A stretch of 61,974 bases of DNA, counting the filler, from Sphacelaria rigidula (Eukaryota), in NCBI GenBank assembly GCA_964200075.2. It is 5 parts of 5 records of this genome, joined end to end, with 100 filler letters (N's around TTAATTAATTAA, not from the genome) between each part and the next. Parts side by side here need not be neighbours in the genome. Positions count along the whole stretch, not along the records: positions 24,832 to 37,146 come from CAXNAA020003897.1; positions 37,247 to 49,560 come from CAXNAA020003898.1; 3 more parts are not named here. One strand, written 5' to 3'. Below are positions 25,578 through 37,600 of this stretch, piece by piece. Both the position numbers and the translations under genes were made by a program. The stretch's first letter is position 1, and every line of letters starts with the position of its first letter. The notes beneath the pieces were generated by a model. It made no database searches and was not told the DNA's origin. It was given only the letters and a program-made list of their open reading frames with translations.

Positions 25578-28042
25578 CTTCGGGATGGCCTTGGTCGGGT
25601 ATTTCGGTTTCCGTGCCAGCTTGAGAGTCTTGGGCCTTTTGTGGAAGATGACACGAACAATATGCGAGGAGCAGCGCGAGAACACGGGACTCGGAGTGTG
25701 TGGAAGCAACATCGCGGTACAGTGCAGCATCGTGGTGTGCATTTTTTCGCGGGTTCGTCATGCCCGCCCAATATCCTACTTGCTCTCAGGGTTGGGGTCA
25801 CGTACAGCATTCGTCATCGATCGCACACCGTACAGTCGTGAGGATAAGCCTTTCAAATGCCACATCGTGTTATGTTAGTAATTCTGGCACCTCCGAGCAG
25901 GAACTCGCGTCGACTCGAGGACTCTCCACTGCGGACACAGAGGGGAATGTTTTCTCGTTGCATTGTTGACAAGCTGTCCGGCAGATACCAAATACAACCA
26001 GCGGTAGCGATCTGATGTTTTTCGGCGTACACCATGTCCGTCTTTGAACACGCACGGTTTCGATATGCACCTCCCAACCCTCACGGGACCGCTGAAAGAT
26101 AACACTATTCTGACAAAATCCTGGAAATCATTTTTCCGGCGAATTCCAAATTCCATCAAGTAAAATCCATCATCTCGATACTGTCCTCAGGGACGCCATT
26201 CAAGCTCGAGATCCATCCGCCGCATAGCATGCGACACAAAGTTTCAGGATCAGTCGGGTGCAAGGTTAGAACTTTTGTTCCCAAAACTTCGAGGTTGCCA
26301 CGAGGCCGACTGTACACTGAAGGAGCCGGCACATTGCTGCCGCACTTCGCAGGTCCGATATCTGCTATGCTTAACTAATGACCCCCGGCAGGTGGACTGA
26401 GATGGGCTAAGCCACATTTTCGAATTCACAACAGTCCTCTCCTCGCTATACAAAACACGTTATTTCATGGTGATATGGACGTTGGGCATGTGAAAACAAA
26501 CTAGTCTCGGAGAACACTGACCGGCTTTGACCCTGCAGTCTATCGTGTACAGAGTCAGCACGTGCGCTATATGCCTCCGCTGAATACAACAAGAAACAGT
26601 CATCGTGCTATCGCTCTCCACTGAACACAAACTACTCCATCTTGCCGATATCTCTCCTTGGTGTCCTACTGCAACAGTACAGAGAGTGCGAAGCTATACT
26701 GGCAACATATTCGGGATCAAGGAGGCGGCACAAACCACGAGCCGAGTACGAGTCACTTAATTTGTGCCCGTATCACCTGTGGTCGAATCGGTATGAACGA
26801 CATGAGAAATACCGCTGGGCAGAAAACTGGTCCACAAGGTGACCATTTCGAAAGCCGTGATTGGTCAGAATGCTCCACACCCTGGACGATGTATGCTCAA
26901 CAGTTGCAATAGACGAGAAGTGCAGTGCACAATGAATAGGCCTATGTCAACCATTGCCGGCCGACAACAGTTGCCATGGGCCTATACCTTGTGCAGTACG
27001 TTTTTTGTCTATTGCATCTATCGACCATACTTTGTCCAAGGTGCGGACTGCTCACTCCGCTCCTCTCCGACCATGTTCCTGACTTCCAATTTTCCACGGG
27101 AAACTTTCGAACAAACATGGTTGACTTCGTGCGCTTTCCGGGTATTTTGGAAACGGGCCCGCAATTTTCCGGAAACGCCCGAATGTCCCTGGACTGTCAG
27201 CCCGTGAAACTGTGCTGAGGCGATGCTCGCTGTGTGAGGGTTCACGTATAACTTCACAACTCTTCAGATACGCGTTCGGCACAATCGCGTGATTCTTTCG
27301 CTGCTGTCGCCATCCTGAAAAGTGAGGGGTGACTTGGAGGGCATTGGGCGCTCGAATAGCCCATCATATCCAAGGGGAGGCCACGCTCGCAGCACTAATT
27401 TCGTCACACTGGCTTTTTACCCATGCCCGTTGACGATTCTTCATCGTGTCTTCTCACATGTGAGTTACTTGGCACGAACTCATGACACGTTCGGCCGTTC
27501 TGTTCAAATCCAGCCGAGGATCAATGCTTGGCACTATGGGGAAAAGCTATACGGTCAGTAGTGTGGATTCATCAGGAGCTCAGTTTGAAAACTAGCTGTC
27601 TACATCGGCCTTTCCTGCTTTTTGCAGGAGGCCTAATAGTGAGCTGGGTGATTGTGTCATCGTTGCTCCTGATGGTTCACATACGGCCGACAGTGACTCA
27701 AACGCTCTCCATCATCATCACTTCAACTTCTTGCATGAGACCTAGTAGTGTACTGGGTAATTGTTTCATCTCTGCTCCTGATGGTTCACCCACGGCAGAC
27801 AATGCTTCGAAAGCTTTGCATGATCATCGATTGTACTTCACCACAGATGTTTTGTGCATGGTCCCAACTCAGTGGGGCCATCCCCAGCGAGCAACGCACC
27901 GCCCCACGGTACGCCAGGGTCTCCACTAAACGCTAAACGTGTTCGTGCACGCACCTGTAGAAGTGCACGTTCGTGCGAACCTTCGTCTTCCTTTTCCCAC
28001 TGCCCTTGAGGACATTCTTGGCCGCAGCCTTGGCCTTGGAGG
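25578..28042 (-). CDS. RPL23A: 60S ribosomal protein L23a (uL23), two internal N-terminal exons; first exon uncertain, 3' exons lie beyond the contig
   Basis: Exon 28042-27955 (SKAKAAAKNVLKGSGKRKTKVRTNVHFYR) and exon 25635-25578 (PKTLKLARKPKYPTKAIPK) join through a phase-2 GT-AG intron. They give the eukaryote-specific L23a N-terminal motif K.RT...F.RPKTL.L.R.PKYP. Confidence 0.88.
27570..27674 (-). ncRNA. Intronic box C/D snoRNA, SNORD29/snR71-like (predicted guide for LSU rRNA 2'-O-methyl-A, yeast Am2946 equivalent)
   Basis: Same strand as the host RPL23a gene. It has a 10-bp terminal stem catcaggagc/gctcctgatg, box C ACGATGA (27663-27657), guide ACCCAGCTCAC (27649-27639) complementary to the conserved LSU sequence GUGAGCUGGGU, a D'-like ATTA, an internal hairpin ggcctcctgc-aaaaa-gcaggaaaggcc, a C'-like CGATGT and box D CTGA (27583-27580). 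Confidence 0.78.
27738..27790 (-). pseudogene. Degenerate tandem duplicate of the snoRNA 5' half
   Basis: gtgaaccatcaggagcagagATGAaacaattacccagtacactactagg parallels gtgaaccatcaggagcaacgATGAcacaatcacccagctcactattagg. The guide is mutated and there is no matching 3' half. Confidence 0.6.
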
Positions 28043-31000
28043 CTGCGTGGAAGTGAAACACGACACGAGCACGGCAGTGGTCAAGGTTTGCCGTCACGTG
28101 ATACAAAGAACTGGAGGCCGATTGTATCGCGGTGATAAATTATGTCACAACGCCGCCAGAGCCTCGTTCGCGATGGATGTAGTACGTGTTAAAACGAATC
28201 ATCAAATGGCTGTGGCACAACCTTGGCTGTTCACTGTGTTGACCGCAGAGAGAGCTGCAGAGGACCCAGTAACACCTTTTAGGTGCCTTCAGGTGTAGGC
28301 ACATAGTGAGAAAGTCACGTGAAAAATGTCACCCACGGGGGTGATATACCGTGTCACTCGCGGTGGCGAACCGAAAAGCTATGATGGAGCCTGTTAATCG
28401 TGAGCTGGTGCATTCTTTCACCAACGAGCGCACGAACGTGCGAAATGTGATTTGTACCTGGACCATGGGCTCATGGGGAAGGAACAAGGAGCGCCTCTTG
28501 CTGTACGATGTGGTTGATCATGCCCCTGTGTTTCTGGTCATCATGGCAAGGATTTCCATCGTTGGGACTACGTGTGAAAAGCGGAGACAATGTCGTCTCG
28601 AAAGAGGCAACATGTGATTTTGCATCCGGACTGTGCGCACTTGAAACTCAGAGACGTGATTTGCCAAGTAGAAAATGGTCTTGGACTCATGCATAGCACT
28701 GGTGCAACTACCCGGTTTTGTCAAAGATGTAGGGGTGTTATACACCGTATCTGAGATCGCTGGTGTCCTTGCTGTGCTGACCTAGGGATTCAAGAGTATC
28801 ACGTTACAGGGATCGGGATCTCAAGAGAACACCACATAACATGGTGTTTCGGAATGATGAGAGTCTGAGGTAGGGGGGGAATAGAGCACAGAGCTATTGC
28901 CAAAGACCTACGCCCTGCAAGTTTTGCTGCCGTGTCATTACCCGCTTGCGACGTGCCAAAGCTCGGGTAGGTCTACTACGGGGGGGATTGTACAAGGGCG
29001 GCACTGCTGCACAGTGGCTGCCCTCGCTCGAAGGGTGCATTCTAACTGAGACGCTGAAGGAATCCACGAGGAAGGTGGTGAAACACACAGCAAAGTTTAT
29101 CGCAAAGGCGAGAACAGATCCAACTAGCGCGGATTTGCCAGTTCATTTGCCCATGGTTCGGCTTGTAACGTGTGCACCAGGCCCGCCAGCTTCACGCCAC
29201 CGCGTGTACTACACAACTCCATCTTGCTCTAGAGCCATGCGATTGGCTATTCATCTCAAGTCTACCCTCCCTACACAGCCAGACGTTGGCTAGAGGAAAG
29301 CCCAGTACTGCATCCAGAGACTCACCACCTCCCTGTCTCATTACACCCATGGCTGGAGCGGAGTCGAGGCGAGCGGCACTTCGGGGTAGAGGTCACCACC
29401 TGTGAGGAGGGTCAGCCGTACACCCTCCACAAATCGCAGGAAAGTGTTGCATAAAGACAACTCTTTAGAAACCCGATTTTTAAACGTACGTGTATATTAC
29501 CTGGTTAATCATTGCTATACTGAATCCTATATATACGGATGACCACAGCAAAACTGACCGGGAAACATCAAACATCAATGTCGTTCCACCTGGCAGTGCA
29601 GATGCGCTAAGCAGAGTCTGCATACCAGCATCTACGCGAATCCATAAACCGCCGTAGACGTGAAAGGCACAGCTGTTTGTTTGAGCTGATACGTATCGTG
29701 TCAGGATAGCTGCCCTCAGCTCTTCACTGTCTCCACTGCTTCACAGACAGGTGGTCAGTACCGACAGACTGGTACTGTGGTCTGATTGCTGATCCGGGTA
29801 TCATACAATCTCCACCCTTAGAGGACTCAGTGCGGACCGCTGCAGTGCTTGCCCACCCTCCCTTCAGGCTGCACATCGTGATCGACGGAGATAGCCAGAT
29901 TGATGCAGTAAGTCCTTCAACAGGGACAAGCCTTGCATATGCCGCAGAACTTTTAGAGCCAGCAATGGGAGCCAACAACACGACACCCTCAGGTGAAGCG
30001 CAGACGGACAGATGCAACTTCTGTAGTTACACACCTTACAGACAGTAAAAACAAACAGACGAAGAACCGTCAGTGGTGTAACGTGCGTGATACGGGAAAT
30101 AACACCCCCAGTGTGATATATTTTTGGACCTCGAGTTCCTCAAGACTGCAAGACCATTCACTCGTAACAGCGCCGCGTTTTTCATGTGTACCCTGGATGT
30201 TTTCGAAAAGTATGCTGCTCATTATTACGAGCTCTTATGATTGTCGGGAGGATGGAGGATACAACACTTTTGCGGCAGGGGGGGGAGGAGGGGTGCTGTT
30301 CAGCGTAAAGCCGTATGCAGTAGCAGTACAGTCAGTACAAGCTTACCCCTGTATATTACAGTACAGGCGACGTGTGTGTCGAGCAAAAGGGTGTAACAAC
30401 AGTACCCAAGGGCCTCATGGCATATCCTTTGTTGTCGAGTGCATGTATATTGCATGGCTCCTTTTCCCCCCAGAGGGTAGCCTGCGTATGATGTACAACA
30501 ACTTGTGTCTGCAGTTGTGTATCGCGATATACTACCTGTACTTACTCCCCAGGCAAATTCGACCCATGCACACACCCCTGCAGACCTCAAGAGATATGTT
30601 GAACATACCCGTCGCTGATGTCGTCGCTCTGCCGTAGTGTACGTGCACAGCATATATCGGGGGACAGGAGCGGGCGAGGGAGGGGGGTATACTATGTATG
30701 AACCTTCAGTTGACATAGAAACGTTCATGTACATAGCACAAGAATAAGCCAGGCTTAGGTTTTGTTCCGAGCACATACATTCAAACAACACCACTCTTCA
30801 CCCGTTCATGAAAACATCCAACTGGTGCGAGCCCGATCAATCCCCCATTATCCATCGCTATACAGCAAAAATAGCACCAGCCTACACTACAATACGTTTC
30901 TTCCATGTGATGCCCAGCACTCTCTCTTACATTACTTGTGCAGGCAGTACATCACACCGGCTCTTTCAGGATCACGGAACAAGTATCATGTGGGAAAAGG

Positions 31001-31401
31001 GAATAATTTTCATTGATTTCGATCCGTACTTGGTTGGAGTTCTCCCCGACCGTCCTTTGCTTCAAGACACCAGCACCCTACGAGAATATTTTCGAGGGCG
31101 GTGAGAATGCAGCATCAGGCCTCAACCAACCAGAGGATAGGAGCGTAAACCGTCACAATCTTCCTCATTCTCGTAGTTTGACTCCAATTTTCTTCTTGTC
31201 TCGATGCGGAGGCCGTGTCTTCGCAAAAAAATCCCATCGGAAAACTGCGGTTGTGGACAAAAAAATCGATTCGAGATATCATTTGCGTGGATCGGATCCA
31301 TTTATCATGTGACCACAGCTGTATCCCTGGGGAATCAGGTATTATGAAGACCGCGAGGGTAGTCCATGCGGATCAGGCACACTTTTCCGAGTGGAATTGA
31401 T

Positions 31402-31888
31402 GCCGACTCTACCAGGAGCCGTTCGAAATTCCTCTCTAAAACTACCTCTTTGGCCCATCTCCGTCGTTTCACGTCTGAAAGGAGGGCCAGGCAATTGTTT
31501 GACGCCTTGGAATGACTAGCTTTACTCATCAAGGGCGCTTCCAGGGCAACTTTGCATTTCCCGCTGGCCGCACTTGTATTCTTGGCCAAACACGGATTTT
31601 CAGTAAAAAACGGTCAAGCGATAAAAAAATAAACATAAAAACAGGGAACAAAAATTATCACCTGACCGTTTATTACTGAAAATCCGTGTTTGGCCTGGTT
31701 TAGCCGGGGAAAAATCCTGCGGCCAGCGGGAAATGCAAAGTTGCCGTGGAAAGGTCTCGACGAGTAGAGCAAGTTATCCCCAAGGCGTCAATTTCTGCCC
31801 ATCCTTCTGTTCGGGCGTAAATCGACGGAGAAGGGCCCAAAAGGCAGTTTTCAACAGGAATTTCGAACGGCTCCCATTAGAGCTGGCC
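31402..31888. mobile_element. Fold-back MITE with about 215-bp diverged inverted arms (GGCC terminus, PIF/Harbinger-like)
   Basis: 31402-31618 is the reverse complement of about 31663-31888 (for example gcaactttgcatttcccgctggccgca and ggccaaacacggattttcagta), with an A-rich spacer of about 45 bp. A related terminus ggccaactctgatgggagccgctc lies at 48787. Confidence 0.7.
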
Positions 31889-31951
31889 TTTAGGGTTGAC
31901 GTGCGGCAATCAAGAATTATCGGTGAAATCATTATATCAACATGAAATACA

Positions 31952-32458
31952 CACCCTGGACAACGAGAACACACTACATTGTAGTGTCGGATACCGAAAC
32001 ACTTCGATACAATATCGACTTTTTCAGCGTTCGATAACGATAAATTTCGATAAATTCCGGCGAATCCTAACCTCGGCGAGCGCATCGAGCGGGCGAGCAT
32101 CAGATGCCCCCGCCCCCCCTTGCGCGCGCGCAGGCGGCTCGTGAGGTGGCCCCGCTGGAGGCGCCGCCGGAGGCGAGAAAGTTGGGATACATGGCTTCAT
32201 TTTATATTCCCATCGAAATTGGTCTCATCAAGGTCTCCTAGCCTAGAAGAGAGCGTGTCCAGATTCGATATCAACCGACAGTCACACCCCACATTTCACC
32301 GTTTTTTCGAAATGTTTTCGATACGATAACGATACTTCGATACGATATATCGAAACTTTCGATACGATATCCAACACCACTACATTGTCAAGAAGTGTAC
32401 TACGTACAGTATCGACTATTACACCTATTGACAATGTAGTCTCTTGTTGTCCAGGGTG
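31952..32458. mobile_element. MITE (CACCCTGGACAAC..GTTGTCCAGGGTG TIRs) interrupted by a nested element
   Basis: TIRs caccctggacaacgaga..actacattgtcaa and ttgacaatgtagtctcttgttgtccagggtg. Confidence 0.7.
31982..32379. mobile_element. hAT-type MITE nested in the previous element, 8-bp TSD
   Basis: TIRs tagtgtcggataccg and cgatatccaacacca. TSD ctacattg at 31974-31981 and 32380-32387. Confidence 0.8.
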
Positions 32459-32711
32459 AGCCTTAACGACGTGGGCATGAATGACGACCTACCCTGACCT
32501 ATCACATTAGACTTTTTTCTTCCGCTGCACATTTATTTCTATGGGAGAATAAATGGCGAAGACACGCCCTGAGACGGGGCCCAAGGGGTTCGTGAAGCAC
32601 AAGAGCAAAAGCAAGCAGGGACATCATGCAATACACAGTCTCAGAGAGGAGGAGTTGGTGAGGTCACAGTAGACTTCCTGCTTCACCCCCCGCTCCCCTC
32701 TGTGTTGCGAA

Positions 32712-32784
32712 TCGAAAAGGAGGCATGACCAATGGTCAAACGACAAAGGCAAGCAATAAATGAATACACCCCCCTCGCCCCCCT
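32712..32784 (+). mobile_element. LINE family A 3' end, diverged
   Basis: caatggtcaaacgacaaaggcaagcaataaatgaatacac followed by a C-tract. Confidence 0.65.
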
Positions 32785-34747
32785 CAAATAACCAGTCTTG
32801 CGCCAGAAGAAAAATGAAGACTGGAAGTATTTCGGAACTTAGTCCGACCTGTTTTCGCCCTCTTGCATCCTGCTGCAACGCGCATGTCGAGACTAAGAAA
32901 CATGGACCTGATGGCTGTGCTTCACATGACATGTGGCCGAAATTTCAGCGCGTTACAGCTTGCACAGCGCACGTACGGCCGTGCATCCCCTACTAAACGC
33001 CTCTCCAGGCGACGTATTCTTGAGTTTCGCGCAGATTGTCATCATCCAGTGTCCCAGTACAGGTCTGTGCTTGTCTGCCAGTGCCGCGACCGCCCGACTG
33101 CCCATGATGTGAAAAATCAGTGCATCAGTGAATCCAGAGATGCATTGAGGGTTGGTGCACGAAGTGTGTTCTGTGGGGAAGCCGCGTGGAGGGCGTATCG
33201 CCAATATTGTCAAAAGCCTGTGACAACTACTTTGTGCGCGCTCGCGAAAATGTGCCGCCGCTTGGTTCACATGCTGTCTGTCTCATGTCCAACTGGTGTG
33301 TTCATTTTCACGGCCGGTTGGACTTTAGCGAGGGAGAACTCCACAACCAAGTTTGCTGTAAAAAGAGGCACAACGACCATACGTGGCCCTTCAGCGAAAT
33401 GTGATATTCAACCAATCAGAGCCCCTCCCGTGAGGAATTGGCGGAATCTAGCGCCAATGAAATGCAACCTTCGTAGTGAATTATGTAGTCAAGGATGCTT
33501 GTGATTGCCTCGCAGACTGGAGTCATACCTGCGGTGTACGCCGGGACGGATAGAGCAGCAGCAGAGAAACGAAGCTGCAAGCAGACAAGCAGACAGCGAG
33601 TGGTACATTGCCGCCGCAGTGGGTCTTGGCGATGCTCGCGTATCGTTATATCCCCATCTTACTATTGCTGGTTGTGTCTTCCCGTGACCGCGAGCGCTGG
33701 CGCCGATGCCAGCGGCAGCAACCGCCATGCTGACGGGTGCAAACAATACCCTGGCGGTGCGATATATCCGCACTGTGCTGTGTGTTGCTCCTTTCATCGG
33801 AGCACGGCGTCGGACCCGGCCGGTCGAGCGGTGCATACCGGCGCTGGTTGTGTGGGTTTACCCAGCCATGTTCGGCATCGCGCAAGTGATGGGTCCGGGT
33901 AACATGAAGGTTTCAACAGTCAAGTGTGTAGACAGCACTGCGTCCCGACTGATACTATATTTTACAGAGAGACGAATACAACCATACAGCACCTCAAGCA
34001 ATCTCAGCGGAGACCAAACCGTCTTCGCAAGGTCCAAGCACACCACACAACAATGATAGCTACAGCACATATGAGAGCGGGCGTGAGTGTGTTTGTGTTG
34101 CAGTACAGTGAAACAGTACTGTTCCATGTTTTACTTCTTCGGCTGATTTTAAAGGGGTCCTCAGTGTTTGCCGGGTGCCGATCTTGAACGCACGGCCATA
34201 GTCGCGCTTCGCGCACATAATTTAATTCGCTACAAAATCGTCCCCATGTATGAATCTTGTGCCAGAAAAATAGCGAAATGATGGTAGCCGGCCATTGCAA
34301 GATACGGCAGGGTTACGCCGCATATCCTGTGTAGGGGAACATGTATGCATCATATCTTTAGGCTTGTATCCATTACGCTCGTACCGAAGTATTCTCTACT
34401 GTAATGACGTATGAAGTGGGGGTATTATCATAATAAATAGGAACCTACATATCTTTACCTCTCTGGCTCTCCCGTATAAGTGGGGTCGATAAGTGCATGG
34501 GGATCCGTAAGTCCTTTTCTGGACAGAGTGCGGGAGATGGAGCTCCGGTACTGTATATCCTTCATTATATCGACAACGACGATGATTGCAAATGAAGTAG
34601 GTTTATTGTGCAGCAGCAAATATGGCACGGGAGGAGGTGTGGATGTCGTGGAGCATCTTTCCTGCTGTTGTTGCGACACCGAGATTCAAGAGTTAACGGA
34701 AGCACATGGGGAAGAAAAATGACAAAAAGGAGTTGTTGAATGCCGAT

Positions 34748-34999
34748 GAGTCATGCTACGATACGGGGGGGGGTGTTCGATTCTACGAACAAATTGGATC
34801 ACAGGTGCGTAAGATGACCCCACACACTCGCGATGCGCTTGTATTTGGATAAAAGCGATGTCAAACAGTATAAATGAGCGTTATAAATCGGAAGCAAGCG
34901 CGTTCGAACAACCGTTGCTGCTATCAACGACGATTGCAAGTAGAACTTCGTGGAAGAAAGCGGCCCAAAATACCCCCCCCCCCTATCGTAGCATGACTC
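34748..34999. mobile_element. MITE with GAG..CTC ends and 4-bp TSD (Sola-like)
   Basis: TIRs gagtcatgctacgata(G)n and (C)n tatcgtagcatgactc, flanked by cgat/caat. Same family as 51056-51461. Confidence 0.7.
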
Positions 35000-35347
35000 C
35001 AATATTATAACAGTCTGGATTATATTGTCTTTCCCCTGTCCAACAAATAAAACCCAACCAACCATCCAACCAACCAACCGTCCCATCCCCAAACAATGAT
35101 GAATTCATTCATTCATTTAATTATAATTCTCATTGATTAAGAAAGGAAGGATCAGCAATTATTGCAACAAACACAAGAACCTTGGCAGAAAAAGCCACCA
35201 ATGGTTAACTACATGCCGCTACCGGTGGGCATTTCGGACTCTTCACTCCGACGTAGACCTCGAACTTGAACGTAAATGAAGTGCCTCGTGAGTTCCCTCT
35301 AGACGAGTTTCTGTATACAGGATGAAGCAGTCAAGACCCTCCCCTCC

Positions 35348-35409
35348 GTCAATGGTCATATAACTATGACATGCAAAATCATGAGTACACCCTCCCCCGC
35401 CCCCTCCCC
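35348..35409 (+). mobile_element. LINE-like family B extreme 3' end
   Basis: gtcaatggtcatataactatgacatgcaaaatcatgagtacac followed by a C-rich tract. Confidence 0.65.
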
Positions 35410-35426
35410 AACGAAACGATCCGCAG

Positions 35427-36634
35427 ATGCTGTTGCTGAGGACGGCAGTCCTAGGCGTGACGATGGGACTTCCGTTATTCCCAACGGCCTCAGGAAGCAT
35501 GATAGCGGGAGCAGCGCACCCCAACACTCCGTCGGCGTTAGCAATGCCGACGAAGGCGGCCGATCAGAAGAGCCACCAGGACTACAACGGCAGGAGTCAG
35601 AACAAAAGCGACGCGAAAATGGAGCAGGGTTGCATACGATACATCAACACCAACAAGAAAGCCGAACTAAGTCATCTTCGAGTTGCGTAGGCGCCGATCC
35701 GCTGTCGGCGGTACCCTTGCCAGTCACCATCCCAAAAGAGGATGGGTCAACGGGCCCCGCGGCGCAGACGGGAGGAGCCCCACCGCTGTCCCTGCTGAAG
35801 GCAAAGGTGGTGGAAAATGACCAACAGCAATGCAGGCAAGTTGTTGACGGAAGCGGCGACAGTGGCAGCCCCAGTCCATCCGCCACTCTCGAAGTCGGTT
35901 CGGGGACCCTGGGGTTGGATGGAGGGGACCCCGAAAGGACGGTACCGGAGCGTGTGGGGGTCGCCAGTGTTGGTGCGGAACACCCGTCCATTCCAAGAAA
36001 ATCTTATGGATCGTCGTCCAGCTCGTGTATTGTCGATGAGAGAGGGAAGGCGGCAGTAGGCGCCACAGTAGTAGTAGCGACAGCATCATCGGCCAGGGGA
36101 GAGGTTGCCGCCGCCGCCGCCGTCGGAGGCGGTAATGCGGAGGGTATTGGGCATAGTAGGAGTAGTGCTGGTACTAATCAGGAAAAAGAAGATTCGTGTT
36201 CTTCTCCTTCACGAAGGCTATCGTTGTCGGATGAACGGGCAGAGTTATCCTCGAGAGGAGGAAATGTTGTCAGTGGTGACTGTGAAGATTGCGATGGCGG
36301 TGCCCGGGGCGGAGGGCAGGTCAGAGGAGGCCGAAGCCTGAGCGGTGTGAGGGCGGGAAGCGCGTGGCTGGAGGAACCCAGTGGTGGGGTGACAAAGGGT
36401 GAGGGGGTGGAAGGAAGGCGACGAGGAGGGGTCACGGATGAGCGTTTCGAGACGACGGGGAAGGGTAAAAATCCTCCCTCATTTTTCGCTGATGGTGGTC
36501 ACAGTGAAGGCGGCGGTGGTGATCATGATCGGCGTGGGGCGGAAGGACGGCGGCAAAGCGGAGCTGTCGGCGACGCACCTGTAGTGGATGGAGGCGACGA
36601 GGATGGCACTCTGTCGGTTGGGCTGAGGCGACAG
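35427..36634 (+). CDS. Large low-complexity (Gly/Ser/Arg-rich) internal exon of an unknown gene
   Basis: A 1.2-kb open frame bounded by a ccgcag| acceptor and a cag|gtagaa donor, followed by a (TG)n tract. No recognisable domain. Confidence 0.5.
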
Positions 36635-36647
36635 GTAGAAGAAGACA

Positions 36648-36650
<3 letters not shown>

Positions 36651-36695
<45 letters not shown>
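36651..36695. repeat. (TG)n microsatellite
   Basis: Seen directly. Confidence 0.95.
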
Positions 36696-36696
<1 letters not shown>

Positions 36697-37146
36697 GCTG
36701 CATTTGTCTCTCTGCTCTATTAACCCTCGTGGGACCGGACCTCCAGAACGACCGATGAGGCTGGTTAGGAATCAAGTTTCTGGCGTCTGCACGAAACAGA
36801 CAGTTGCGTGTGAAATTACGCGTATGTAACCGCAGGGTTATGAGGAAGGCCGGAAGCTTCATCCCATCTATTTCCAGGTGCAGAGTGCGCATTAGGTAGT
36901 AGTGTACATCTGATGAGCAAGCAGTATAGGTCGCGGTAGAAGGCTTCCAACAGGATGCGGCGACCGGCGGGCCGCCCGCCACTTGTGACTTTGGATGATA
37001 TTGTTGTTTCCAGCCCTTTGTGGTCGGGGTGAGGGTGATGCTACGGTAGCGATGCACAAATATTTTCTGAGGTTATAATTGTTAGGAGCCCTTCATCTCA
37101 TGCAAAACACGACCTATGAAAATGTTTGAAAGTACGCCAGGATTAC

Positions 37147-37246
37147 NNNNNNNNNNNNNNNNNNNNNNNNNNNNNNNNNNNNNNNNNNNNTTAATTAATT
37201 AANNNNNNNNNNNNNNNNNNNNNNNNNNNNNNNNNNNNNNNNNNNN
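37147..37246. other. Artificial spacer
   Basis: N-run/TTAATTAATTAA/N-run, 100 bp. Confidence 0.98.
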
Positions 37247-37291
37247 GCTGTGGCGGTGGGGAGGGGGCCAGCGCGAGGGGGGTCGGGGCGT

Positions 37292-37358
37292 GGGGGGGGG
37301 GGGGGGGGGGGGGGTGTACTCATGATCATATGCCATAGTCATGAGACCATTGACCTTG
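37292..37358 (-). mobile_element. LINE-like family B extreme 3' end with a long G/C tract
   Basis: (G)23-tgtactcatgatcatatgccatagtcatgagaccattgacct. Confidence 0.75.
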
Positions 37359-37600
37359 GAGATGGGAATCAAAAGGCAAACAGTCGTGTTACTCGCTTTT
37401 GGCATTGTAAAATCGCAGCTGACGCACGAGATGACAAAAACACGTAGCACCCCCCCCCTCAGTGGGGAACCCCTCCCCCGCCCATCCCCCCCCCTGAAAA
37501 CCAACAATACCCTTAAAATTGATTGAACTTCGTGAGAAGGGGGGAGGAAGAAGGGCGCTTGATCGAATTGAAGAGCGAAAGAGAGGCAAACCAGTCTCAC

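Noticed and set aside
29326-29350. Candidate first exon of RPL23a (MGVMRQGG, phase-1 GTGAGT donor)
   Set aside because: The phase is compatible, but the peptide is unlike typical L23a N-termini. It cannot be chosen without transcripts.
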